A DNA stretch of 64,000 nt from Octopus vulgaris (GCA_951406725.2 OX597822.1:65472001-65536000), one strand, 5' to 3'. Shown: positions 12,212-25,477, counted from the stretch's first letter. A program made the numbers and translations. Notes: generated by a model not told the origin, from the letters alone.

Positions 12212-13937
12212 TTTGCTTTCTTCTTTCTTTTTTGTGTGTCATTCCTTACTAATGATCAGCCAAAAATATATGTGAATGAAAGTGATTTCCGCACGACTAT
12301 TTTGACATTTCGCGGACACGGTTAAACCGTGCATACAATACTCAGTCACTGACACGATAATGATTTAACGGGAATAATCGAATGCTAAACGACGGAAACT
12401 TCATTTGCAGTATAACGTAACTCACTGTGTAGAAATCTATTGAAAGGTAGTGACTGGAAAATACTCACCGTCTATCGTTATTACGTTAATATCCTGTTGA
12501 TGTTGAGAGATAAATCATCATGTGGATATTGATAAATCTGTGATGTTAATAGTTATAAATGCAGACTAGACATGTAAAAGAATGAAACACAATATATATA
12601 CTCTTCGTATGGGATTTGGAAAGACACGAGAAAGTAAATAGATGTGTTATTTATCTTCAGGTCAGCAGTGATTAAGGTTTACTTAACTCTCGCACGGTTT
12701 TCGAGAGTTAAGTAAACCGTTTTCTATTTAAGAAGTTTTAAGATATATTAAGAAGTTTCATTTTATTGTATTCTATGTAACTACTGATTTTCATTTTGAA
12801 TCTATAATTATTTAGTTGTTGATGATATTTTAGATATGTATATTTAATTATTAGACTATAACTCTACGTAATTTGTAAGATATGATTTAGTCACTGTGGT
12901 ATATAGATCGTAAAATTGTTATACGGTTCTTTTAAGATAGGTTATTCGTTTTTAATTTGATTTTTAATATTTAATTTTTCATAAATATATTCTATTGATA
13001 TTTATAATATTTATGTAAGTAATAATGGACTAATTAATTTATTTATTTTTCGTTATATGTCTATATATTTATTGATAGAGAAAATTTTAAATTTTTAATT
13101 ACTATATATGTTGATTATAATTTAGGTACTTATTTTTAAATATTTTATAATTATTAGCTGTGAACTTAAATCTAAAAATATGAATAGTGATTATTTTGGT
13201 AATTAAATATCGGAGTATAACTGAGTTAAAGATATTCGAGAGTTTATTATGTTTTAAAAGCCAAATTATATCTTCAATGATAAATACATATTTCTATCTA
13301 TTTTTTACCTTAAAAATAAATATTTAACATAATAAATGTGTTGTAGGAAATAATCCTAATGCTTTGAGTTTCTAATTTAGTTAATGGAGTTTTTTCTATA
13401 AGAAAAATTATTCTTTATTTCTTAAATAAATATCGTTTAGCTCTATATGCTTATTTATTTAACTATTATCATTAACCTGAAGATTGACTATAATTTTAAT
13501 TCGAATTTATTTTAATTGAATTTAAACTTAATTGTAATTCGAATTTAATTGTAGCCATGAAATGTACGTAGTGTTTTTCCTTATTATATTATATATTTAT
13601 CATTCAATATATACTTTTTGAGATATAGTTATAAGTTATATATTTAAAAAAAATTATATATATATATATATATTTGTTATTTATGTACTGGTTTATGTCT
13701 ATCACTGTTTGAATTGCATAATAGTGCTTTTATATCTAGTTCATATTTTATATATTTATTCTGTGAAATTTGATTTAATACTAAATTGAATTTTTCCTGT
13801 AAGTTTGGAGTTATACTCCCTATAATTATTATTACATATATATTAATCCCTCTCCATATCACAGTCTACCTGTCGTGGTTCACCTATCCGTTTGGGATTT
13901 TGGAACGTAACATCAGCGATAGTCGATGAAATACTGT

Positions 13938-13975
<38 letters not shown>

Positions 13976-14066
13976 TTATATAGATGAAGGGCTACCTGAG
14001 ATTGTGACAGTTATTTCGTTAAGGTCTTAATTTTGACGCAAACATTGTGTATTGAACATCTATATA

Positions 14067-14359
14067 TTTCTTCCTTCTCAAGCCATACCTGGCTCATAAG
14101 GGCCGGTTTCCTTGGCGTATAGATTCCCCACCTGATCGGGACGCCGTTCCGTCGCAGGTGGACTTCAAGATGCAGTAGGAAAGAGTGAGAGAAAGTTGTG
14201 GTGAAAGAGTCAGCAGAAGTTCGCCATTACCTTTTGGCGGAGCCGCGTGGAGATTAGGTGTTTCGCTCATAAACACACACACATCGCTCGGTCTGGGATT
14301 CGAACCCATGAACCCTCGACCGCGAGTATGCTGCTCTAACCACTAGGCCATGTACGTCC
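14067..14359 (-). mobile_element. tRNA-derived SINE, family C
   Basis: Head TGGCCTAGTGGTTAGAGC...GGGTTCGAATCCC on the minus strand. Homologous to 30460-30632 and 51033-51335. Confidence 0.85.
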
Positions 14360-14401
14360 ATTGAATATCTCTATAAGCTTTGCTATTTCTAATAGTTCAT
14401 A

Positions 14402-14821
14402 TACTCTTTACTCTTTTACTTGTTTCAGTCATTTGACTGCGGCCATGCTGGAGCACCGCCTTTAATAGAGCAACTGGACCCCGGGACTTATTCTTTGTAA
14501 GCCCAGTACTTATTCTATCGGTCCCTTTTGCCGAACCGCTAAGTGACGGGGACATAAACACACCAGCATCGGTTGTCAAGCAATGCTAGGGGGACAAACA
14601 CAGACACACAAACACACAAACACACACGCACACACACATATATTTATATACATATATACGACGGGCTTCTTTCAGTTTCCGTCTACCAAATCTACTCACA
14701 AGGCTTTGGTCGGCCCTAGGTTATAGTAGAAGACACTTGTCCAAGGTGCCACACAGTGGGACTGAATCCGGAACCATGTGGTTGGTAAACAAGCTACTTA
14801 CCACACAGCCACTCCTGCGCC
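14402..14821 (-). mobile_element. tRNA-derived SINE, family A (internal TA/TG tract, (GTAAAAGA)n tail)
   Basis: Head GGCGCAGGAGTGGCTGTGTGGTAAG...GATTCAGTCCC. Recurs at least 7 times in the window. Confidence 0.9.
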
Positions 14822-15472
14822 TGATTACAAACACGCTCTTTCATTGAATCATCCATCTAAATCATTCGGTTTGAAAAATCAGACACACAAAATAATCATA
14901 ATTTTTCTTTTTTTTCCTTTCGTTATTAATAATTCACCTTATGTGGCCTGGCGTTGTGATGTAAAAAGCTTCCACAATGCTGTAAAGTGCTAAACAAAAA
15001 CAAATTAAGGGTGGCAACACTGTAATTACGTAGAGGTGTAATTTGTTTCATAAAAAATAAAGCAACATTTAAATAACAACATGAAAAGCATTCCAGAAGG
15101 GTATTTGTCTGTTTATAAGCCGAAGTCAGTAAACACTGTTGAGCTCTGGTCTGTCTTCAAAGTACCTAATTCAACAGACTGTAACAAGTACGTCTCATCC
15201 ACAGAGACCATTAGTGACTGATGAAATGGAATTCTTTCTAAAATTTAATTGCAAAAATCGAAAACGAATTAAATCTAGGAAATCGGAAGTTAATTGAATA
15301 AAAATTCGCAGCAGGAGTAAGATCTAATTAATTAAATGATTAAGTATAAACAATATGAATTATATAGATCAATATACATTCATCATATACATTTATGAAA
15401 TTGAATTTTACACGAGCATTTTAATACAGCGATCACATACACACACACACACACACACACACATACACACAT

Positions 15473-15507
<35 letters not shown>

Positions 15508-15510
15508 CAC

Positions 15511-15637
15511 AAATTAACAGAATGAGATAATAATCCAAGGCTGTGAAAGATTTTAGAACATTTATAAAGAGAAGGTCTTACAGCTGTAAATGTTCTGAAA
15601 TCTTCCACAGCCTTGGATTATCTCATTCTGTTTATTT
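15511..15637. repeat. About 52-bp inverted repeat with a hammerhead half-site in the spacer
   Basis: 15511-15564 is the reverse complement of 15587-15637. The spacer on the minus strand reads ACAGCUG-UA-AGAC. Flanked by (CA)n and TA. Confidence 0.7.
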
Positions 15638-15784
15638 TTTATATATACAAAGGCTGGACTGACCGACGTTGGACTCCTCGTTCGCATAATCACCGAACCT
15701 GGAGCTTAAATATAGTCTGTCCATAGCACTTACTCAGCATTACCTGACTCCTTTGTGCCTTCTTGACACCATTACCTCTCATAA

Positions 15785-15820
<36 letters not shown>

Positions 15821-16029
15821 TATGGACAATACAAACACACTCACATATATGGATGGATGTTTGTGTAGAGTATGTCCAGTATAAATGCATGAAGGCAATA
15901 GTTCAAATGTCGACTCAATATAGAGTTATGTGGAGTTTATAGAGTACTTTAATAGTGAAAGATCACACGGAGGCTTCAGACTAGAAAATCTGACAAGCTC
16001 TCCGAAGAGCCTCTCCATAGCAGAGATAT

Positions 16030-16202
16030 TATTGGTTTTAAATTTTGGCACAATTCCAGCAACCTCAGGGAAGGTGATAAATCGGTTACATCGACTTTAC
16101 AGTTCCACTGGTACTTAATTTATCGACCTCGAATGGGATGAATAGCAAAATCGACCTTGGCGGAATTTGAACTCAAAACATAAAGACGGACGAAATGCTG
16201 CT
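16030..16202 (-). mobile_element. SINE family D fragment
   Basis: Matches the CTGGTACTTAATTTATCGAC...GGCGGAATTTGAACTC motif of family D. Confidence 0.7.
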
Positions 16203-17429
16203 ATTCCAGGCATTATTAATTAATTTCTTGTATTATTTATTTATATCTTTAAAGCAACAATAAAACATATATTTGTTGTAAATATTGCGTGGAAAATGAA
16301 AAGTACATCAGCTATGTCAGAATTTGAACTCGTAACGTAAAGCGTTACAACTAAATGGTAAACGTTATTCATTTTACGTATATACTATTTGTAACAATTT
16401 AAAGCCATGTCGTTATTGTTAAGTCGACATCATATCGGATTTGACCATTTGCTCTGCTATAAATCTCTGTTTACCAAAATCTACAATCGAACAAATTGCT
16501 GACATTTATTTCGTTGGCTAAATGCTAAACCGGCTTCATTTTCAATCATACACTTTTGTACATTGTGTGCGTAAGTAAGTCTGTACACGAATAGTGTATA
16601 TATATATATATATATAAAACTATGCGCGTGCATACATACACGCACACATAGGTATATTACGTATCGTTTGGGTAGCTTACATTCCGTTTGTCTTTGTTGT
16701 ATTATAGAAAGAAATCGATATTTAAGCATATATAAAACCTAGTAATTGACCGGATTGAAAATAAAATCTCTTATCAAACAGACCTGATGAAACCGATTTG
16801 TAATCCCTCAGTTATTAACAAATAGGAAAATAAAAGAAAAATGAGGAAGGTAGATGGCAGCTATTCACCAATAAAACAAACGACTTATTAAGTAAGGTGT
16901 TACACAAGCTTATAGAGAGTAATCTTCTGTCATTCTCATTTATATTCGCATCACGAAAACCTGCTTTGAAAACAAACCGATCTGAGTTTAGTGTTGTGTT
17001 ACACATGCTGAACACGACATAAAGAGATTAGTATTAGTGACGTGGCAAATAGAGTATAAATAATGAAGCTGCTGAAGGCGTTGGAATAAAACGAATGATT
17101 TTGCATGAAAACCAAATGTGTATGTGCGAGTGTGCGTATGAAGGAGAAGAGATAAAAGTGAAAGGAATTGTGTTGGGGAAAAATGCTTCAACTGCATAAG
17201 TAAGGAACTTCCATAAGACGATGAGAAAAAAATGACAGATGCCGGAGAAAGATATAAAAATGAAAATAGATCTATTAAACAAAGAAAAGGAATGGAATAA
17301 TTGACACACGTTCACTAATGATGTTATGATGTAATTAGTGTAATCAAAGTGTGGAAATATATTGTGTTGAACCAAAAGTTTAGCAATATTTTGGTATCTT
17401 ATTAGCTTTGTCTGTAGCCTAGTTTTCAA

Positions 17430-18070
17430 ACTAGGTCATCGTGTTGGACCGTCTGAAGCCAGATTTCGGTCGGTTCTTTGCTAGTTCTTGTCCTTCGAGG
17501 CGAAGAACTTCACAGAAGCTTCCACTATATCTCGGGTAACGAAGAATCTCGAGAGCAGCAAGTGAGCCATGGACTGGAGCATGTAATAATCCGATGGAGA
17601 TATTCTTCTGCAATCATAACGTACATGGTTAAGGGCAAGCTTCTGCAACCTGTCGCCAAACGTGAACATTTTGGTCACAATGTGATATTCTACGTTTGAT
17701 GGAATTACGAGATGATAATTCTCTATGAGATGGTTCTGGGCGGTCGATCCATCAGGGCCAACCTGTACTCCGAACAGCCGAAGCAAATATATGCCATTCT
17801 GCGGCAAAAATATCAGGCATTAGTTAACAGAAAGTGAGATCTTTTGCAGCAAGACTACACAAGGCCATAAACCGTTCGAACGACCCAGAATAAATTTCAG
17901 AAATTTAAGAGAAACAATCAGATGCCACAGCCAGCATAAAATCAGTCCTAGGTCTATTAGACTATTGCTCATGCCATGGCTCACTCCCTGCGGCGTTTCA
18001 TCAACCAAGAAGAAATGCGAGCTTCAATGAAGAATTTCTTTATTTAGGACAACAACTGGTATGAGAGTGG
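17430..18070 (+). pseudogene. Highly degraded mariner transposase
   Basis: Translation ...NVIFYV*WNYEMIILYEMV...ANLYSEQ...ALVNRK*DLLQQDYTRP resembles the mariner KVMLCVWW...LLHDNARPH segment. Multiple stops, and the boundaries are approximate. Confidence 0.7.
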
Positions 18071-18911
18071 GATCAAGGAACTGGCTGAGAACTGGCATCA
18101 TAGAGTGCAATAGGAGGGCCTCTAGTCTTAATGGCAGATATATAAACGAGAGGCACATAGTTTGATCGCCTCGTGTTTATATATTTAACCCAAGGTGTAC
18201 ATGTTGACGACGATTTCACCTAGCGGGTAAATGTTGTTTACTTGCTAAACTAAAATCAGAAACCAGTTGGACCGGGAAACTAAATGGTAAAACGTTTCTA
18301 TTTTTTCATTTCGTTCCTGTCGAATTTTATCCCTAATTTTGTGGTTATAGAACCTAGCTGTTCTTTCTAGCGTGTTGGATCCCACGTTTAAATTCCTTAC
18401 GTGTTTAATTGTACACTGTATTTTATGACTATATATATACACATTTTATAGATATTCATCTATAAAAGTATACACACATGCGTATTTGTACGTATATAAT
18501 AATAATAACAGTAATACATTTATATATATATATACATGTATATATATGCGCTACATATATGTAAATTTATGTGTATATTTGTACATGTTCAAATGAATGT
18601 TTTTTTTTATTTATATAAAGATTTTTTATTGTTTACTTTCTTGTATATATGCCCGTGGCTGTTTCTGTGTCAGGGCATTTTCTAATATAACCGTTGAGAA
18701 GGAGAGATACAACACATAGGAAAGGAACATAAGCAAATAAAACAAAAGGAAAAAAAAGAAAGATGAAAATTAGCGAGAATTTGAGTAAAACACGCAGACA
18801 CATACAGGCAAAACACACATACACACATACACTTAGACACACACTTAGACACCCAAATATATACACTTTCCCACTCAAATATGCTCTGTTTCGGAATATA
18901 TATATATAGTT

Positions 18912-18964
<53 letters not shown>

Positions 18965-18972
<8 letters not shown>

Positions 18973-18996
18973 AATAGATAGATAGATAAATAGATG

Positions 18997-19080
<84 letters not shown>

Positions 19081-19081
19081 T
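18965..19081. repeat. (GATA)n microsatellite
   Basis: Direct reading. Confidence 0.95.
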
Positions 19082-19346
19082 GCCCAGGAAGAGACAATAA
19101 ATTTGCGATGTCAACAACAAGACAATGATGAAATGAATAGAAATACACAAAATCAATTGATGAATAATTAAAAAATATTAACAATTAGAATGTAACTTAA
19201 TAAAGAAGACTTAGAAATGGAAACAAAATTGGAACAATAGCAGAAAGCAAAAATTTAATATAAGAACGATATACATACATACATGCATAAATACAATACA
19301 CAGACATATATGCATGTGTATATATATGTATATATGTATATCTATG

Positions 19347-19442
<96 letters not shown>

Positions 19443-19467
19443 GCAAAGTAATTTATTTTACTAAGCC

Positions 19468-19550
<83 letters not shown>

Positions 19551-20189
19551 TGTGTACTGTATAAATACGTATATATTTAGCAACATACAACATGTACAAG
19601 ATGTATACATATACACAAAGAACTACATACATAGATGTACGCGCACCTTTATTTCCATATCAATATATATATACATGCACGTGTATGCTTGATTGTCTGT
19701 GTTCCTGTCTAGGTGTCTGTGTGTGTTCGGGGGCTTTTGTGTCATCGGAAGTAACAATAATCGCTTGAACAAGAAAAAAAAAAAAGAAGCCGAGTGAGAA
19801 AACACACAAAGGAGAAGTAAGCAAGCCGAAGAAAAACGTACATCGAAAGTCGGAAAGCGATTTGAAGACAAAAGAAAGGGCGTATATATATTCTGAGATC
19901 TAGAACTGCTGGAAAATATATATGGTTCCAAAAGGTAAACTTTTGTGGATTCTTTGAACTTTAAGACAAAGAAATGTAATTAACCACTAGAAGAATTTTA
20001 GAGATATTGGAGGAAAAAAATAAACAAAGAAATTTTATATTGAAAAATCCTTTTGTTAAATTTTCCCCAAATAAGTTTTGAAAAATTTGAAATTTAATAC
20101 GTAGAATAATAGAGGAAAATGGACGCTATTTCAGCACCACTGTCAATATTAAATACAATAATACCACCAATGAATCTGTCACTATTAAT

Positions 20190-21800
20190 GCCAACAGTTT
20201 AAAATCGATACCATTACTGCCAAAATTTTATTTTATTAGTACTACCAAACATTTTACGACCGTCCTCTTTTATTCCAAATAGTTCACAGTCATTAACCAT
20301 TATTTGTTAGCTTTTTTATACACCATTGTTATCCTGACTAGTATCATTACTCAACCCTCACCTTATCTGCCAATATTTTACACTTATCACTATAAAGTAC
20401 ATCATGTCACCTTCGTAGTTGTTGCTGCCAACATTTCATCCTCGTCACAATGATTGCCAACATTTCAACATAGATAACATGACTGCTAACATTTCACGAT
20501 CATTACTATGTCTGCCAACCTCTTACAGTCATTAGCATCACTGTCGATATTTCAATAGCAAAATTATTAAGAGAGAGCATTCAACTACCATTACTATTAA
20601 TGCCAACATTTCCCTGTTGTAATTGCTACAAATGTCACTATTAGTATTAATTCAACTACTATTACATCCCAATACCACTTACAAGGTCAGTATTGTAATC
20701 GCTACTAAAATTTCACGATCGCAGCCATTATTGCCGGCCATTAACTATAATCTGCATGTCTGCCCATATTTCACCATCATCACATTACTAACATAAGCAA
20801 AAGACATTAAGTTCCAGGGGGCAGGATTCGTCGATGAAATCGTTTAAATTTCACAGAAAGTGTTTGGTCGATTAAACTGACTGGTACTTATTTTAACTTC
20901 CTCGGGGGACGAAATACAAAGATGACATCGGTTCGACATTTTATCGTCATCAATAATAGTACTGACCAATATAGTGCTAAACAGGACTTCATAATGGTGC
21001 ACGGCCCGTTAGAAATAGTAATGAAAGGCGGCGAGCAGGCAGAAACGTTAGTACGCCGGGTGAAATGCGTAGCCGTATATCGTCTGCCGTTACGTTCTGA
21101 GTTCAAATTCCGCCGAGGTTGACTTTGCCTTTCATCCTTCCGGAGTCGATAAATTAATTACCACTTACGCACTGGCGTCGATATAATCGACTTAATCCAC
21201 TTGTCTGTCCTTGTCTGTCTTCTCTGTGTTTAGCCCCTTGTGGGTAGCAGAGAAATAGGTATTTCGTCTGTCGCTACGTTCTGAGTTCAAATTCCGCCGA
21301 GGTCGACTTTGCCCTTCATCCTTCCAGGGTCGATAAATTAAGCACCATTTACGTACTGGGGTCGATATAATCGACTTAATCCCTTTGTCTGCCCTTGTTT
21401 GTCCCCTCCATGTTTAGCCCCTGGTGGGCAATAAAGACAAAAGAAAGAGTAATGAAATGTCCCTGCAATCAACCAACATTTCAGCATCATCTTCGATATT
21501 GCTCAATTTTCCCTATCAACACTATGACATAATAACCAATATTTTGCATTAAACAACTTCTCGTATCTGACAAGCAACATGACTACTGCTCATATATCAT
21601 TATTGTTCCTGTGACTTCCGGAATTTATCATCGACTCGTTTTGTTCCGGCGTTTCTTCATTAACACAACTACTCGTAGTTCATAATCTGCATCTTAACAG
21701 CACTTTACCATTCCCGCGATTGCGGTAATATTTCAAAATTGGCATCCTAACTGCAAACATATTTTTTAATCCTAAATTGCCAACATTTCGTCGTCGTCAC
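20190..21800. repeat. Highly diverged 29-bp periodic array, interrupted by a SINE at about 20800-21450
   Basis: A GCCAACATTTCA-like motif starts at 20190, 20219, 20369, 20427, 20456, 20485, 20514, 20543, 20602, 20704, 20733 and 20762. It reappears after the SINE. Confidence 0.7.
21027..21445 (+). mobile_element. SINE family D with duplicated body
   Basis: Head GGCGGCGAGCAGGCAGAAACGTTAG...GAGTTCAAATTCC followed by two copies of the body. Confidence 0.85.
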
Positions 21801-22203
21801 TATCCTCCTCCTCTTCCTCCTCCTCGTCATCATCATCATTGCCCAGAATTCTTATATTCTCCAGTATTTCTAATTCTTTTATTCTTCCTCAAATTCTATA
21901 GCTAAATATTGACAGATCAATAAATTACATGTCTATCGCTACCTAAACATGGGTGTTATATAAGAACAAACGATACTGTTTTTTAATCCCAGTAGGTCTC
22001 CTCTTCCAGCTATTTATTCAGTAGGGTTCGCACTCGATACATATTGCAAGCGGGGAGAAAATCCCCAAATACTCCAGTTCGGTTACCACCAGCTCACGTG
22101 ATTTCGATCTCTTTTTGATCATCCTCAGTGATGGATTCCCGTCTGCTACACGGACACACAAACTCACACACATATACGTATATATAAATATAAATATAAT
22201 CTA

Positions 22204-22280
<77 letters not shown>

Positions 22281-22283
<3 letters not shown>

Positions 22284-22709
22284 CATTACAGATGATTTTT
22301 TCGGCAGTACTATTTGTAACTCCCGTGATAGAAAAAATTTTGGAGGGAAATGCGAATTCACTTGTCTATATAAATGTGGATATGCTGATTACCTTTTATA
22401 TGTTCCGATGACGCTTGGTCGGAAAGTATGCGAGGTAAGTTTTCCTTGCATTTCTAGATTTATTTACCGGAATATTATGTTGATAAAGGAAATGAGTCTT
22501 ATGATTCTAATCCAGAAACGTACGTCCAAAATTAACCGAAGACTGTTTGATTTCATTATTTTTCTTCTTTTTTTTGCCATATGTGAGCTGCAAATATTGT
22601 TGTCTGTGGAGACATATTTTTGTAGAAAAAGGAAATAGTAATCCTTTGGCTGCTATTTCTAAAATTTTCGGTATGTGGCCATGCAACTTGTTGCAAACCC
22701 TTATTGTTA

Positions 22710-22735
<26 letters not shown>
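22281..22735 (+). mobile_element. Penelope-like pLTR / HHR cassette between (TA)n tracts
   Basis: Colinear with the reverse complement of about 57030-57440. TATATAAA at 22367, AG|GTAAGT at 22435, HHR at 22475-22531, then the GGCTGCTATTTCTAA...TTCGGTATG 3' motif. Confidence 0.75.
22475..22531 (+). ncRNA. Type I hammerhead ribozyme, U3-A8 core variant
   Basis: UUAUG-UUGAUAA-A GGA..GAGUC UUAU GAUUC..UCC A-GAAA-CGUACG-UC^CAAAA. Stem III is the palindrome ACGUACGU. Confidence 0.6.
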
Positions 22736-22766
<31 letters not shown>

Positions 22767-22926
22767 CAATTAAGTAACAAGTATTTCCAGGTACCAGTAT
22801 TGTTACTTATTTGCTTATTATTCGCCTTACTTCAAGTTATGCGGACAATACCGGACTAACTTAGTCCTTCAACTTACGTACTTAATTCAACTGAATCTGA
22901 ATTATTTCTTTGATATATATATATAT

Positions 22927-23591
22927 GCGCACTCTTCTAACTTTTCTATCTCTTCTCTGTCTATCTCTCTCCGCCTCTTGGTCTTCATCCTTTCTGGTTT
23001 TCTCTCCCACCCATCCCTATTCTTCTCCTCTCCTCCTCACTGTTACTTCTCTCTCACTCCTCCTCCTAGACTCTCTCGTCGCTGACACGTGACGAGAGGG
23101 GATCCATCTTTCTGACTACTACCTTCGCAAAGACTAAACGGGCTTATACTGTCTCTTCATAAGCTCGTCTCCTTAAACGTTCCGAAAAAAATTTCCATCG
23201 TCTTGGCTAAACAGCCCTCATTGTTTGTTTTTACTGTTTTGTTCTCATTGTTATGTCTTTTACTGTTTTTACTTTTTTATTGTTTTTACCGTTTTGTTCT
23301 CACTGTCCTGTTCTGTTACTACTTTCACCCTTCGCAAAAAATCCCAAATTTTATTTAATTTGCTTTCCGGGAAGGACTGTTTCAATGAAGTCGCGTTTTG
23401 TCCTTGCCTTCGAAACGTAGCGTAGTTGAAACAGGGACAACTGAAGAAGGGAAATATTCCTTATGTTGTATGTCTCTTTTCTCTTTTTGTTTCTGTTTCC
23501 TCGTTCGAAAAAAGTTCGTTTCTATGTTTTTGTTCTTATGTTTTCCTTTCCCATTGTGTTCAACGTTTTTTTGATGTCCTGTACCCATATA

Positions 23592-23595
<4 letters not shown>
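22927..23595 (+). mobile_element. TA-flanked Penelope-like fragment with a core-deleted HHR (23377-23434)
   Basis: CTGTTTCAA...TGAAG...CTTC-GAAA-CGTAGCG-TA-GTTGAAACAG: 9-bp stem I, and the start of the CUGA core is missing. A second CTGAAGA-AGGGA/TTCCTT half follows. Confidence 0.5.
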
Positions 23596-23662
<67 letters not shown>

Positions 23663-23718
23663 AGGTATGTACATATATGTATGTATATATGCATATATTG
23701 ATATATTATTTATATTAT

Positions 23719-23756
<38 letters not shown>

Positions 23757-25477
23757 GCATGTATGTATATATGTATTTGTGTGTATGTATATGAAATATA
23801 CATTCAGTGTCAGTTTCTGTATTTGGAGGCACGGTAATAATTACAATAGATTTTCTGCTATAGTTACAAAGGCAGGAGGGTTTGTCTAGAACGTCGACCG
23901 CAGCGCTCATCTCAGATGCTTATTTTATCGACCCCCCGCAAAGATAAATGACGTGGTTGACATCAGCGGTTTGTGAACTCAGAAAATACTAATTTTCTTT
24001 GATATTGCTTACTAACATTGGCAGAAGGCCATCAAGTTGAAGGGAAAGAGAATTCGATTTCATCTTCACCGCACTCAAATAGTATTTATTTTATCTTCTT
24101 CCCGAAAGTATTTTAAGACAAATTCGTTCTCAGTGATATACGAACAGAAAAGGTAAAATAAAAGAAAAAAAGGTAATAGGAAAGAAGCTACTCTCCTCTT
24201 TATTTATGGTACTAATAATTTTATCCACTCGCTGACTGATCTATTAACGCTTTATTATTTGTTATAAGGACGAACAGGAGATGACGAATAAAATAAATGG
24301 ATAAAGCAGAACGCGACCGCTACTTGGAGTGAATAAGACAACTCGCAATTTTCGTGTCACTCTTAGTGACAAAGGTACGTTAACTATTATATCCGTATTT
24401 TCTAGCCTTCAAGTTTATACTGAATGAAGGCTCGATCACTTGGGCCATCTTCACCATAATGGCCAGTCATCTTACTCTCCACAACCACATTCTTCTCCAT
24501 GAGACACTTGCAGAAATTGATAAATGCATGGACTAGAATATAATGTCTCTCTTCATTTCTTTTAATCTTCATCGTCATACAATTTGTTCTGTCATAGTCA
24601 CCAAGCAGAGAAATTTCTGACAATTGAAAGTGGGAGAATCTTCTCGTTGCGGATTTGGATCACAGCCGGATACATCTTAAATACGACATAACTTTATAAG
24701 CCATCAATCCCAGGAAAATGAAGGAGTGCATTCAAAATATATTCGTCACTCAGCTTGCAGCCTAAATAAGCGATTTTTATTATCATTACCATCCCAATAA
24801 TTATCATTATTAATGCGGGATATAGGCAGAATCCTTGAGAAGTACGACAGCTGCGCTATGTGAATTGATTCATTCAACATCTTCACAATCCCTGTTTTTG
24901 TTTGCGTTTCTTATTAGCCTTTATATTCGCCTGATTATTTCCTCCAATCTTCGTTCCTTCCTTTGATTGTCTGTTCGTCTCTCAAACTATATTTCCCTTC
25001 CCACCTCTCTCTCTCTCTCTCTCAAATCCTATAAAAGTATCTCCACCGGAATATACTATATCGTTCTCTGTATACATGCATGCATGCATATATATGTGTG
25101 TGTGTATACCGCATCTGCCGGCGTATGAGACACAATTTCAAAATTCTTATACAGATATATTTAAAAATTGCCCTGCTTTTAAAGTGGTCGAACGAGAGAG
25201 CACTTAAGATAAACCAGTGAGCATAAGTCGACTTGGTGAAATAAATTTTACTAACTGCAGAACTTGAAAAACTAACATGACCATTATCAGACTTACAAAC
25301 TTCCTTACAAATACACACACACACACCACACAAACAGACATACACACACATATATACATATACACGACGAGCTTCTTTCAGATGTATATGTAACTTTTTT
25401 TAGTATATCTAGTCTGTTGGAAATATATCTACGTATATAACTTTGTGTGTGGTGGGTACATAGATACACACACACAC

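Noticed and set aside
19780-19940. Possible non-coding exon ending AAAG|GTAAAC
   Set aside because: A donor-like motif alone is not evidence.
20190-20790. CRISPR interpretation of the repeat-spacer pattern
   Set aside because: Eukaryotic context, degenerate 12-nt repeats, short spacers and no cas genes.
24402-24623. ORF with YGEDGPSDR, reminiscent of a mariner N-terminus
   Set aside because: The match is too short to support a call.
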